DNA of 64,000 nt from Eledone cirrhosa (GCA_964016885.1 OZ024747.1:27156001-27220000), one strand, 5' to 3'. Positions 11,770-28,118 are shown, counted from the stretch's first letter. Translations and numbers: made by a program. The notes: generated from the sequence alone by a model not told the origin.

Positions 11770-13210
11770 CAGTATATAGTCACATTAGAGTACAGTGTCA
11801 TGCTGTGCCATAGAATAGCCACAAAGCACAGTGTCGTGCTGTGCCATAGAATAGTCACATTAGAGTATCGTGTCACACTGTGCCACAGTATACAGTCACA
11901 GTAGAGTACAGTGTCACACTGTCATACTATACAATCACAGTAAAGTCCAGTGTCACACCATGTCATAGTATAGTCACAGTAGAGTACAGTGTCACACTGC
12001 CACATTATACAGTCACACCATACTACAGTTCCACACTGTGCCATACTGTGCAGTCACACCATACTACAGTGTTACACTGTGCCATACTGTGCAGTCACAC
12101 CATACTACACTGTTACACTGTCATAGTATACAGTCACACCATACTACACTGTTACATTGTGTAACACTATAGTCACACCATACTACACTGTTACACTGTG
12201 CCCCATAGTATACAGTCACACCATACTAGTGTTACACTGTCATACTATACAGTCACACCATACTACAGTGTCACACTATAGTCACACCATACTACAGTGT
12301 CACACTATAGTCACACCATACTACAGCCTTACACTGTGTCGCACTATACAGTCACACCATACTACAGTGTTACACTGTGTCATACTATACAGTCACACCA
12401 TACTACAGTGTTACACTGTGTCATACTATACAGTCACACCATACTACAGTGTTACACTGTCATACTATAGTCACACCATACTACAGTGTTACATTGTGTC
12501 ATACTATACAATCACACCATACTACAGTGTTACACTGTCATACTATACAGTCACACCATACTGTAGTGTTACATTGTCATACTATACAGTCACACTATAC
12601 TACAGCGTTACACTGTGTCATACTATACAGTCAAACCATACTACAGTGTTACTGTGCCATACTATACAGTCACACCGTACTACAGTGTTACACTGTCATA
12701 CTATACAGTCACCTTACTAGTGTTACACTGTGTCATACTATAGTCACACCATACTACAGTGTTACATTGTCATACTATACAGTCACACCATACTACAGTG
12801 TTACACTGTCATACTATAGTCACACCATACTGTAGTGTTACATTGTCATTCTATACAGTCACACCATACTACAGTGTTACACTGTGTCATACTATACAGT
12901 CACACCATACTACAGTGTTACACTGTCATACTATAGTCACACCTTACTACCATGTTACACTGTGTCATACTATAGTCACACCATACTACAGTGTTACACT
13001 GTGTCATACTATAGTCACACCATACTACAGTGTTACACTGTCATACTATACAGTCACACCATACTGTAGTGTTACATTGTCATTCTATACAGTCACACCA
13101 TACTACAGCGTTACACTGTCATACTATACAGTCAAACCATACTACAGTGTTACTCTGTGCCATACTATACAGTCACACCATACTACAGTGTTACACTGTG
13201 TCATACTACA
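11770..13210. repeat. ~39-41 bp minisatellite
   Basis: Tandem cagtcacaccatactacagtgttacactg(tg)tcatactata; accounts for all VTPYYS/CHTIQS ORFs. Confidence 0.95.
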
Positions 13211-13649
13211 GTTGGATTATTATCATTGTAACAGTTGGTTGACTGTCACAGCTGATGTACAACCATCTGCAAAGTCAACTGACTGTCATCATTATGGTTA
13301 ATTATCATCAGAATTGACAGTCACTGTCACAGATGACTGACCATCACAGATGACTGACCATCACAGTTGACTGACTGTCACAGTTGACTGACTTTCATCC
13401 TTACAGTTGACTGACTGTCACCATCATGGTTGATTATGTTACTGACGCAGCTGACTGAATGTCATTATCATGGTTGACTGATTGTCATCAATGAAGAAAT
13501 CAATAGACATACAATGAACACCAACTACATTCAATAATCTCAATGACAAATTTTATTTAATCTTTTAAATTAGGTTGTTTCCTCTTGGGGCATAATTTGA
13601 CATTTACTTTCCATGTGGCTGGCATCACTGAGTAATTAGCTCAGGTGAG

Positions 13650-13900
13650 ACCAGCCATGGAGTACTACTCCCACATTTGGATGAGACAGTACTGATGTTG
13701 CACACATATCCTAAACCAACAATGGAATGCTGTTCCCACATATTGGATACTGTTGTTGTTACACACAGAAATATCCTTGACTGCATCCAAAGAAAAGCCA
13801 CACTACGAACTAGTATAAAGTCATTCACAGACACTTTAGTCTATGGCCCACAGCTGTACTGTCTCTTCTCTCTACCTTTTCTACCATTTCTGTTCTAGTC
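13650..13900 (+). pseudogene. Very decayed LINE (Jockey/CR1-group) RT C-terminal remnant
   Basis: PTMECCSHI...LDCIQRKA...SLYLFYHF resembles P(x)MEYCSHxW/LDxIQRRA/LSLFYRY. Confidence 0.45.
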
Positions 13901-14902
13901 ATGGGATTTCTATAACGAACACCTTTTCCCAACACAAAGATATCCATAAATATTCATGGTATAAAGGAAACTGGGAGCAGATGTCAGTAATAGATTTAAA
14001 AAAAAAAAAATTGTCTCTGATTGCATCAACTCTGTGTTGAACATTCATCTTAAGAGAGAAGTTGAGATGTCAATTGATCAACATTTAGTTATCTGTAACT
14101 TGAGACTTCCTAATGTCAAGCATCCAACAAAACTGGTAGGTCCAGCAGGATCTACAGGATAGAAGAAGCGTTGGTTGATAAGGTCAGGACCAGGTGTGCA
14201 GGTCCTATTGCATCCAAATTCAGAGAATGTCCTGAACAAACAGAGGAGCATAAAAAAGAAGGGAGATTGTATAACCTGGCAGTTTCCATTTCAACTATTA
14301 AATAGTACTGAAATAAGTGGGTGCGATTGATACCAGGTTCAATCAGAAGGTTAAAGCTGCCATTTGAGCAAAGAAGAAAGCTTACAGAGTTTGGCATACA
14401 AGTCTTCTTTCTTGCCCTTGTGGTACAAGCAGGTAAAAAAGATGCAGCAGAGACAGAAAAAGTATCCAAGACTAAGATATAGGAGGGCTTTGGTGTGAAG
14501 CTGGAATCTGACTAGATCAGCAGAGAAAGTATCCTGGCTGACTAATTACTGGCTACATAAGAGGTCCCCTCCATGCCTGCTATCAGAAAATCATCTTCAC
14601 AAAGTAGAGAAAATAATTTGTTGATCTCCTAAATCCAGACACAACAGCTTCTGATGAACATGAGTTGTCTAGTGGCAAAGACTAACTGCTTGGTGACAGG
14701 TCACCAGAGCAATTAAAGTGCTCAAATGTGTCATGGCTTTTGAGGAGGATGAAATTTGGCTTGAAATCTTAAAAGCCTTAAATAGAGGATTTCTGTGGCT
14801 GATCATGTGTGCCAGGTTGCTTGGATTATTCGAAAAGCAATGTCACACATGTACACACAAATATATGCATAGTTATATAGGTGTATATGTATATATGTAT
14901 AT

Positions 14903-17486
14903 AATACATTTAAAAGCATATTACTTGATGCTTTTGACAGTAAGGAAGAGCAATTAGAGTCGTACAATGTAGAGGAACAGTGGGAATTCCTGAAAGCTAA
15001 CCAGCTCAAGGCGACAGATGAAATCTGTGGCTGGAGCAGACCTATAGGCAGGAGGAGAGTAACTTGGTGGTGGAACAGTAAGGTTGAGGAGTCAATCAAG
15101 GCCAAAAAGCAGGCTTGGAAAGCATGGCGGGATGGGGGAAGTAGAAAAGACTATCAAGTGGCCAGGAGGGAAGCTAGGAGACAAGTGTACTTCGCAAGAA
15201 GGGAAGCAGAGGAAAGACAGTTCAAGCATGTTCTACAATGCGAGGACCAAAAACGTGAGGTGTTCAGGATTGCTAGGCAATGTGTCAAGGAAAACCGTGA
15301 TATTGTCGGGGAGAAGTGTGTCCTAAACGATGATGGCGTACTTGCCATCACTGATGCTGATAAGAAGGTAGCTTGGAAGCGTCACTACGAAAGACTATTA
15401 AATGAGGAGAATAAATGGGAGAAAGACAGTCTCCCCCACATCGATCCAATAGAGGGACCAGCAGTGCAAGTTGAAGATAGTATAATAAGTAAGGCAATCA
15501 AAGATATGAAGACAGGCAAGGCAGCTGGGCCTTCAGTAATAGTTGGTGAAATGCTGAAAGCATCTAGAATGGTGGGACACACTATGGTCACCCGGATAGT
15601 AGACCAAGTCATACAGAATGGGGTCGTACCGAAGGACTGGCGTAGCAGCATTATCATTAACTGCTACAAGGGTAAAGGAAATGCCCTAGATAGGGGAAAC
15701 TATAGAGGCATTAAATTAATTGACCAGGTCATGAAGGTCACAGAAAAAGTAATAGCGCAACTAATTGATCTAGATGAAATGCAGTTTGGGTTTGTGTCAG
15801 GTAAAAACACCACAGACGCTCTTTTCATTGTACGACAACTACAGGAGAAGTACCTAGCTAAAAGTAAACCCCTCTACTTAGCTTTTGTAGACTTGGAGAA
15901 AGCCTTTGACAGAATCCCACGCCCCATTATCTGGTGGGCTCTCAGAAAACTAGGTGTTGATGAATGGCTTGTGAGAGCTATACAAGCCATGTATAAAGAA
16001 ACAGTCAGCAAGGTTAGAATTAACAACGAATATAGTGAAGAGTTTAACGTAAAAGCTGGTGTTCATCAGGGCTCCGTCCTTAGCCACCTACTATTTATTA
16101 TTGCTCTTCAGGCTATAACAGTAGAGTTCAAGAGTGGCTGCCCATGGGAACTCCTATATGCAGATGATCTAACTCTCATAGCAGAATCAATGGTTGAACT
16201 AGAGAAGAAATTCCAAACATGGAAGCATGACCTAGAATCAAAAGGCCTTAAAATTTACCTATCTAAGACTAAAGTTCTAGTTTGTAGGAAGGAAAATAGG
16301 GCACTGGTCCCATCTGGGAAATGGCCATGCTCAGTGTGTAAGAAAGGGGTGGGCAGAAACTCCATTTTATGTCCCAAATGCAAAGTATGGGTGCATAAAA
16401 GATGTAGTGGGATCACAGGTAAGTTAACTAAGAATATAGATTTTATATGTGGCCGGTGCTCAGGTGCACTAAGTAGCAGCAAGTGCCCACAGAATACTAG
16501 CTCATTCCATTGCCCAGATGGTTCTATAGAAATAGTGGACAGCTTCCGTTACCTGGGTGACAAAATCAGCAGTGGTGGAGGGTGCTCTGAAAGTACAGTA
16601 GCTAGAGTCAGAACGGGATAGAAAAAGTTCAGAGAGCTTATACCACTAATGGCCGCTAAAGGGTTCTCTCTAAAAATGAAAGGTAGGCTGTATGATGCCT
16701 GCATACGAACAGCAATGTTAGATGGCAGTGAGACTTGGGCATTGTGTGCAGAGGATCTACGCAGACTGGAGAGGAACGAAGTTTGCATGCTCTGTTGGAT
16801 GTGTAATAGTAATATACGTGAACGGCAAAGCATAAATGAACTAAGTGAGAAATTAGGAATAAGAGGGATCAGATGCTGTTTACTCGAGAGAAGACTACGT
16901 TGTTATGGTCACGTGATGCGCATGAAAGACGACAGCTGTATAAAAAAGTGCAGGGCAATAAAGATAGACGGTAGCCACGGAGTAGGCAGACCCAGAAAAA
17001 CCTGGGACGACTTGAAAAATTCCGACGTCACACACTTACACCTCTCCAAGACAATGTCACTGGACCGAGATCTTTGGCGCTACACAGTAATACAGAAGAC
17101 CCCCTTGCCTAAGTACAAACCGAAGCCTACAGTCAGTAGGCACCTCTTAACCAAAATACACCCCCGTCCCACTACCCCCACCGCCATCCACACCACCCCT
17201 TTCGATGTAAAGTTATGTTGCTACCACAACATCCAGTCCTAAATAAATGAGGTCGTGTAGGTGTCACGACAAATAAAAACCATACAGTCCACGCTGTAAT
17301 GTGGCCGTGTAGCTAAAACCTCCCAGCCCCACACTGTAAACGTGGTTGGTGTTAGGAAGGGCATCCAGCCGTAGAAAACCCGCAAGGCAGTCCTATACGA
17401 GCAAGACAACCAATCTTGCCTCAATTGGGAAAACTCCCGTCCAAACCCATGCTAGCGTGGAAGATGGATGTTAAACGATGATGATA
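14903..17486 (+). mobile_element. RTE-clade LINE family A, 5'-truncated, disabled
   Basis: ORFs 15158-16621 and 16649-17242 with [22 protein letters not shown]; premature stop; (GAT)n tail; highly similar to 24404-27005. Confidence 0.95.
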
Positions 17487-17758
17487 TAAATGTGCATATA
17501 TATGTGTATATATATATGTGTGTATATATGTACATGTGTATTTATATATTTGTATATATTTGTGTGTATATATATATGTGTATATATATATGTGTGTATA
17601 TATATATATTTGTGTATGTATATATGTGTGTATATATATATGTATATGGTAGCGTGGAAAAGGGACGTTAAACAAAGATGATGATGATATGTGTGTATAT
17701 ATATATATATATAAGTGTATATATATATGCGTATATGTGTATATATATATATATGTGT

Positions 17759-17797
<39 letters not shown>

Positions 17798-17811
17798 TGT
17801 ATATATATATA

Positions 17812-19357
<1,546 letters not shown>

Positions 19358-19388
19358 GTGTATATATGATATATATATATAAGTATGT

Positions 19389-19776
19389 ATCAGCCGTATG
19401 TAACAAGCTTGATGTATTCCACCGTCGTTGCATTCAGACCATATTGAAAATTTCATGGAGAGACCAAGTTAGCAACGAGGAAGGGATGAGGTCAGTATTG
19501 GAGAGGTTAAGGGACATTGTCTGGAAAAGGAGACAGTGGTTCGCGAACCACATCCTTCGTTTGCCGGCAGGTCGACCTGCTCATATTGCCATGGATTGGG
19601 TACCAGAAGGTGGTAGGAGAGAATGGGGAAGACCATGAAAAACATGGCGGAGCACATTCAGGGAGGACCGGCGGGAATTACATGGAGAGGTGCTAGAAGG
19701 GCCGCCAGTGACAGGATCAAGTGGTGAAAGCTCCTCGCCCAATGTCCACAAGGGACTGGGGGAACTAAGACTAAGA
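19389..19776 (+). mobile_element. RTE-clade LINE 3' fragment (third family)
   Basis: [26 protein letters not shown]...WFANHILR...GRP*KTW; (CTAAGA)2 tail. Confidence 0.8.
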
Positions 19777-19821
19777 CCAGCCATACTAAGAGGTGAGAAA
19801 TGAAATTTAATTTTTTCCATT

Positions 19822-19854
<33 letters not shown>

Positions 19855-19863
19855 ATATATGTG

Positions 19864-19914
<51 letters not shown>

Positions 19915-20290
19915 TTACAATAATTAAAGTTCAGTTTGTCATTTATTTGCTTACAATTGTTTCCTCCAAACCGAGGTTTGGATTCTTCGGAGCAACTATT
20001 TACTGATCTATAACATACTTGACCTCCTTTTCAACCCAAGAGACATATAAAACATATGCGCATATTGATCAACAGTGGGGTGACATTCATCAAATGATAT
20101 AGCATGGCAATTTACATATAAAGGTTACAGGATAAAAATAAAAATAAAAATAAAAATAAAAATAAAAACAAAAATGAAAATAAAGATAAACATGAAGCGT
20201 TGGCAGTCTATGAAGATAAAGCAAGAGGAAAGTTTAGAGTAGTCAGTGTATGAAACAATCTCACGTGTAGCATGCACGCGTGTCTTATTT
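19915..20290 (-). mobile_element. Probable PLE terminal-repeat fragment
   Basis: Contains a minimal hammerhead; microsatellite on both sides; no ORF. Confidence 0.55.
19947..19995 (-). ncRNA. Minimal type I hammerhead ribozyme, CCGAAGA core variant
   Basis: UUGCU-CCGAAGA-aUCCAAAC cucg GUUUGGAg-GAA-ACAAUUGU-A-AGCAA: stems I, II and palindromic III, GUA site. Confidence 0.75.
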
Positions 20291-20314
20291 ATATATATAT
20301 ATATATGTATATAT

Positions 20315-20946
20315 ATAGAAGTGGTTGATAGCTTCCGGTACCTAGGTGATCAGATTAGCATGGGAGGTGGGGTGTTCCGAGGCCATAGTATCTAGAATAA
20401 GGACGGGTTGGAAGAAGTTTAGAGAACTGCTTTCTCTGTTTACAAAGAAGGGTTTCTCCCTGCGTATGAAAGGCTGGTTATATGATGCATGTGTGACATG
20501 TTTGATGCTGCATGGTAGTGAGACATGGGCAGCAACTACAGAGGATATGCGACGGCTGGGGAGAAATGAAGCAAGTATGCTCCATTGGATGTGCAATGTC
20601 AATGTGCATGAACGACCAAGCATAGATGAGTTGAGAGAGAAACTTTGTATAAGAGGGATAAGTTGTGGTGTGGAGGAGAGAAGACTGAGATGGTGTGTAG
20701 ATGTGATGTGCATGGAGGATGACAGCTGGGTAAAGAAGTGCCAAGAAATCCCAGTAGAAGGAAGATGCAGTAAAGGAAGACCACAAAAAATATGGGTGGA
20801 GGTGGTGAGAACAGACCTCAGATCGCAGAAGTTCACGGAGGAGATGAAGAAGGACCTTGACAAGTGCAGAGATACTGTGCTGCATAGGACCTGTCCCACT
20901 CTTGTAAGCAGGGAAAAGCGAGCATAAAATGATGATGATGATGATA
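20315..20946 (+). mobile_element. RTE LINE family B-related, short diverged 3' fragment
   Basis: ORF 20346-20927 similar to C-terminus of 33277-35238; (GAT)n tail. Confidence 0.9.
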
Positions 20947-21005
20947 TATGTATATATATATATATATATATATGTGTATATAAATATATATATATATATA
21001 TATTA

Positions 21006-21462
21006 AGATAAGCAGAACAAGTAAAATTCAACCAATTTTTCAAAATAAATTAAAAAATATAATATAAATATTTACCTCTTCTTATGGCCCTTACTGATCA
21101 GTTTCGCTTTGTAAAACCCCAGCATCCAATGTATATATGATGGAAAACCAAAGCTCATCAGAGAAGCATTTTCCTTTCCTAGGGCTAAACGACCCAGGAA
21201 CGATAAAATATATGACGTCCTGCCAGCTAATACAGGTCTGAAAGGTCGTAAAAGTGACCCGTATGTAAACCAGACCGAAGTAAAAGCGGGAAAACCATAG
21301 ACTTGCTGTCTATAATTACTACTAAAAAAAATAGCAGCTAAATAGAACAACAGATTTGTTCTCTACATAATGGAGGATAATGAATGAAGTTAATATGTCC
21401 AAAGATACTAAGTACCCCTAGAAATACATAGGTTGTCTATGATTCAAGGTTGTTCGATAGTA
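21006..21462 (-). mobile_element. Probable PLE terminal-repeat fragment (another family)
   Basis: Contains a hammerhead with long stem II; (TA)n flanks. Confidence 0.55.
21087..21167 (-). ncRNA. Type I hammerhead ribozyme with extended stem II
   Basis: UUCU-CUGAUGA-GCUUUG...CAAAGC-GAA-ACUGAUCAGU-A-AGGG; palindromic stem III, GUA site, weak G-U-rich stem I. Confidence 0.75.
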
Positions 21463-21548
21463 TTATATATATGTATGTATATAAATATGTATATGTATAT
21501 ATCCAGACCCATGCTAGCGTGGAAGATGGACGTTAAACGATGATGATG

Positions 21549-21549
21549 A

Positions 21550-21586
<37 letters not shown>

Positions 21587-21633
21587 ATATATATATGTAT
21601 ATATATATATGTATATATGTATATATATATATG

Positions 21634-21680
<47 letters not shown>

Positions 21681-21717
21681 GTATATATATATGTATATAT
21701 ATATGTATATATATATG

Positions 21718-21752
<35 letters not shown>

Positions 21753-21807
21753 GTATATGTATATATATATGTATATATATATATATATGTATATGTATAT
21801 ATATATG

Positions 21808-21892
<85 letters not shown>

Positions 21893-21893
21893 G

Positions 21894-21964
<71 letters not shown>

Positions 21965-22362
21965 GTATATATGTATATATATATATATGTATGTATATAT
22001 GTATATATATATGTATGTATATATGTATATATATATATATGTATGTATATGTATATGTATGTATATGTATATATATGTATATGTATATATATGTATATGT
22101 ATATATATGTATATGTATATATATATATATGTATATATATGTATATGTATATATATGTATATGTATGTATATGTATATATATGTATATATATATATATGT
22201 ATGTATGTATATGTATATATATGTATATGTATATATATGTATATGTATGTATATGTATATATATGTATATGTATGTATATGTATATGTATGTATATGTAT
22301 ATATATATATATGTATGTATATGTATATGTATATATATATATATGTATGTATATGTATATAT

Positions 22363-22422
<60 letters not shown>

Positions 22423-22756
22423 GTATGTATATGTATATATGTATATGTATATATATATATGTATGTATATGTATATGTATATATGTATGTATATGTATAT
22501 ATGTATGTATAAATATGTATATATATGTATATATAAATATGTATGTATATATATGTATATATAAATATGTATGTATATATATGTATATATAAATATGTAT
22601 GTATATATATATGTATATATAAATATGTATGTATATATATATGTATATATAAATATGTATGTATGTATATGTATATATAAATATGTATGTATATGTATAT
22701 ATAAATATGTATGTATATGTATATATATATATGTATATGTATATGTATATATATAT
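21549..22756. repeat. (TA)n/TATG compound microsatellite
   Basis: Direct inspection. Confidence 0.98.
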
Positions 22757-25700
22757 TTAAACCTATTTAAACCTCCTATTTAAACCTTACCTTCTCGTTA
22801 ACTACCCCAACCTTAATTCTGTCGTATTTTCAAAACAAAACTCCTTCTTATATATTTTTAAATATATTTTGTTATGCTGGCTAAATTATGCCCCAAATTT
22901 CGAGGACTGTATTTAAACTCTTAATCTCTGCTCCCTCCTATCTTTTACCCCCTCCTCATACATCATGCTGGTTCGCGGCCAACCCCCCCCCTCTCTATCT
23001 CCATATATAAGATAAACCCTACAAGTACGAAAAAATCAGAACCGCCAAATTCATATTCCGGGATGGCTGCTTTCATGGTATAATGTAACGTACAAATATT
23101 TCTTCATTCTTCTCTCCATTTTAATTCCTTAGTCCATTCGTCATTCTCTATCATTTTTTCCCCGAATCCAATCTTTGCCTTTCTACTCGATACACTGTCG
23201 TATTTTCCAAAACAAATCTTGTATTTCTGTTTTATGCTTGTTAAATTATGCCCAAAATATGGGGATCTTATTTAAACCTTACCTTCTCGCTAACTACCCA
23301 ATATCCCTCCCACCCGCCCCCACGCACCACCATTATTACGTGGACCAATCATAAGTCAGAGGCCTATACTATCGCTTACCTGGTTGCCTTTCGATATGAT
23401 GGATGGGCTACGGAATTCTGGAGAGTTGAAAAGAAAAATCTGGACGCTCAGTGACAATGCCAAAGATAAAGACAAATTCACCTCGTGGACGAGAATGCAA
23501 GCACTCCTCCTCTTTGTTTAGGCCGCGGATGGCTAACATAACCCCATCTTCCCCATCCCCCCCAGCGCCCCACCACTCTCACCCTCCAAACGCAATCCAA
23601 AACTTCAGAGTTGGTACCATGAATGTTAATCACCTTAAAGGGTCGCTCCAACGAGGTTGTAGAAATGCTTGAACGTAAGGAGGTCGATGTTTGTTGTATT
23701 CAAGAGACCAGGTAGAGGGGTGGGTCTGCTAAATTCATCGTGGGTAAAGAACGATGCTATAAGCTTTTCTGGGTGGGAAATGACAATGGGCTGGGTGGAG
23801 TAGGAATCATGGTAGCAGAAAAGTGGGCAGATAAGATAATAGACGTAAATAGAGTGAACGACAGAATAATTAAAATAAGACTTGTCCTCAATAGAACTAC
23901 GGTGACAGTAATATCTGCGTACGCACCCCAATCCGGACTGCCCGGCACTATAAAAGACAGATTCTATGAGACACTGATGCTCACTACCTCCCAAATAACC
24001 GACAGTGACTATATAACTATTGCAGGTGACCTAAATGATCACGTTGGACAACATTGTGACGGCTATGACGGAATCCATGGAGGCTATGGGTTTGGTACTA
24101 GAAATGAGGAAGGCTCCAGAATCCTGGAATTCTGTGACGCAAATAACCTAACTATCTGTAACACTAACTTCAAAAAACGAGACAATCACCTGATCACCTA
24201 TAGATCGGGGGAACACACAAGCCAGGTAGATTATATCCTTACCAAGAGATGTGACAGAGTGTCTGTTGTAAACACTAAATCCCTTCCTCATGTAGAATGC
24301 ACGTCTCAACATAGACTCATAATCAGGACGAGACATATTAGACAACAGAAGAGGACTATCCTCAGGAGAAAAATATGGAAATTAAAGGACCCCACAGCCA
24401 GTCATACATTTAAAAGCATATTACTTGATGCTTTTGATAGTAAGGAAGAGCAATTAGAGTCGTACAATATAGAGGAACAGTGGGAATTCCTGAAAGCTAA
24501 CCTGCTGAAGGCGACAGATGAAACCTGTCGCTGGAGCAGGCCTATAGGCAGGAGGAGAGTAACTTGGTGGTGGAACAGTAAGGTGGAGAGGTCAATCAAG
24601 GCCAAAAAGCAGGCTTGGAAAGCATGGCGGGATGGGGGAAGTAGAGAAGATTATCAAGTGGCCAGGAGGGAAGCTAGGAGACAAGTGTACTTCGCAAGAA
24701 GGGAAGCAGAGGAAAGAAAGTTCAAGCATGTTCTACAACGCGGGGACCAAAAACGTGAGGTGTTCAGGATTGCTAGGCAATGTGTCAAGGAAAACAGTGA
24801 TATTGTCGGGGAGAAGTGTGTCCTAAATGATGATGGTGTACTTGCCATCACTGACGCTGATAAGAAGGTAGCTTGGAAGTGTCACTACGAAAGGCTACTA
24901 AATGAGGAGAATAATTGGAAGAAAGACAGTCTCCCCCACATCGACCCAATAGAGGGACCAGCAGTGCAAGTTGAAGGTAGTATAATAAGTAAGGGGATCA
25001 AAGACATGAAGACGGGCAAGGCGGCCGGGCCTTCGGAAATAGTTGCCGAAATGCTGAAAGCATCTGGAACGGTGGGACACACTATGGTCACCCGGATAGT
25101 AAACCAAGTCATACAGAATGGGGTCGTTCTGAAGGACTAGCGCAGCAGCATCATCATTAACTGCTACACGGGTAAAGGTGATGCCCTAGATAGGGGAAAC
25201 TATAGAGGCATTAAATTAATTAACCAGGTCATGAAGGTCACAGAAAAAGTAATAGCGCAACTAATCAGAGAGCGAATTGATCTAGACGAAATGCAGTTCG
25301 GGTTTGTGTCAGGTAAAAGTACAAAGTACAACAGACGCTCTTTTCATTGTACGACAACTACAGGAGAAGTACCTAGCTAAAAGTAAATCCCTATACTTAG
25401 CTTTTGTTGACTTGGAGAAAGCCTTTGACAGAGTACCCCGCTCGATTATCTGGTGGGCCCTTAGAAAACTAGGTGTTGATGAATGGCTTGTGAGAGCTAT
25501 ACAAGCCATGTATAAAGAAACAGTCAGCAAGGTTAGAATTAACAACGAATATAGTGAAGAGTTTAGCGTAAAAGTTGGTGTTCATCAGGGCTCCGTCCTT
25601 AGCCCCCTACTATTTATTATTGCCCTTCAGGCTATAACAGAGGAGTTCAAGACCGGCTGCCCATTGGAACTCCTATACGCAGATGATCTAACGCTCATAG

Positions 25701-27005
25701 CTGAATCAATAGCTGAACTAGACAAGAAATTCCAAACATGGAAGCATGGCCTAGAATCAAAAGGCCTTAAAGTTAACTTGTCTAAGACTAAAGTTCTAGT
25801 TTGTAGGAAGGAAAATAGGGCACCGGTCCCATCTGGGAAATGGCCATGCTCAGTGTGTAGGAAAGGAGTAAGTAGAAACTCCATTTTATGTCCCAAATGC
25901 AAAGTATGGGTACATAAAAGATGTAGTGGGATCACAGGTAAACTATCTAAGAATATAGATTTTATATGTGGCCGGTGCTCTGGTGCAATAAGTAGCAGCA
26001 AGTGCCCACAGAATACTAACTCGTTCCATTGCACAGATGGTTCTATAGAAATAGTGGACAGCTTCTGTTACCTGGGTGATAAAATCAGCAGTGGGGAGGG
26101 TGCTCTGAAAGTACAGTAGCTACGGTCAGAACGGGATGGAAAAAGTTCAGAGAGCTTATACCACTATTGGCCGCTAAAGGGTTCTCTCTAGAAATGAAGG
26201 GCAGGCTGTATGATGCCTGCATACGAACAGAAATGTTACATGGCAGTGAGACCTGGGCATTGTTCTCGCAGACTGGAGAGAAACGAAGCTTGCATGCTCC
26301 GCTGGATGTGTAATAGTAACATACGTGAACGGCAAAGCATAAACGTACTAAGGGAGAAATCAGAAATAAGAGGGATCAGATGTTGTTTACTCGATAGAAG
26401 ACTAAGTTGGTATGGTCACGTGATGCGCATGAAAGACGACAGCTGTATAAAAAAGTGCAGGGCAATAAAAATAGACGGTAGGCACGGAGTAGGCAGACCC
26501 AGAAAAACCTGGGACGACTTGATAAATTTCGACCTCACACACTTACACCTCTCCAAGACAATGTCACTGGACCGAGAGCTTTGGCGCTACACAGTAATAG
26601 AGAAGACCTGCCTTACCTAAGTACAAAGTAAAACCTACTACAGTCAGTAGGCACCTCTAACAAAATACAGCCCGTCCCACTACCCCCACCCAATCCACAC
26701 CACCCCTTAAATGTAAAGTTATGTTGGTACCACAACATCCAGGCCGAAAGAAATGAGTTCGTGAAGGTGTCACGACAAAAAAACACAGTCCACGCTGTAA
26801 TGTGGCCGTGTAGGCAACACGGTAAAAACCTCCCAGTTCCACACTGTAAATGTGGTTGGTGTTAGGAAGGGCATCCAGCCGTAGAAAACCAGCCAGACAG
26901 TCCTATTCGAGCAAGACAACCACTCTTGCCTCAAGTGGGAAAACCCCCGTCCAAACCCATGCAAGCGTGGAATATGGACGTTAAACGATGATGATGATGA
27001 TGATA
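22757..27005 (+). mobile_element. RTE LINE family A, near full length (putative 5' UTR, APE endonuclease, RT, 3' UTR), disabled
   Basis: APE motifs VGTMNV, CIQETR, SAYAPQ, AGDLN, QVDYIL, SQHR; RT motifs [27 protein letters not shown]; several stops and frameshifts; (GAT)n tail. Assignment of 22757-23450 as 5' UTR is inferred. Confidence 0.93.

Positions 27006-28118
<1,113 letters not shown>

Noticed and set aside
11880-13301. Repetitive ORFs or a CRISPR-like array
   Set aside because: Head-to-tail minisatellite with no unique spacers, in a eukaryotic context with no cas genes
14150-14720. Minus-strand decayed LINE RT
   Set aside because: Only faint motif resemblance (DAIGPA); too degenerate to call without a search
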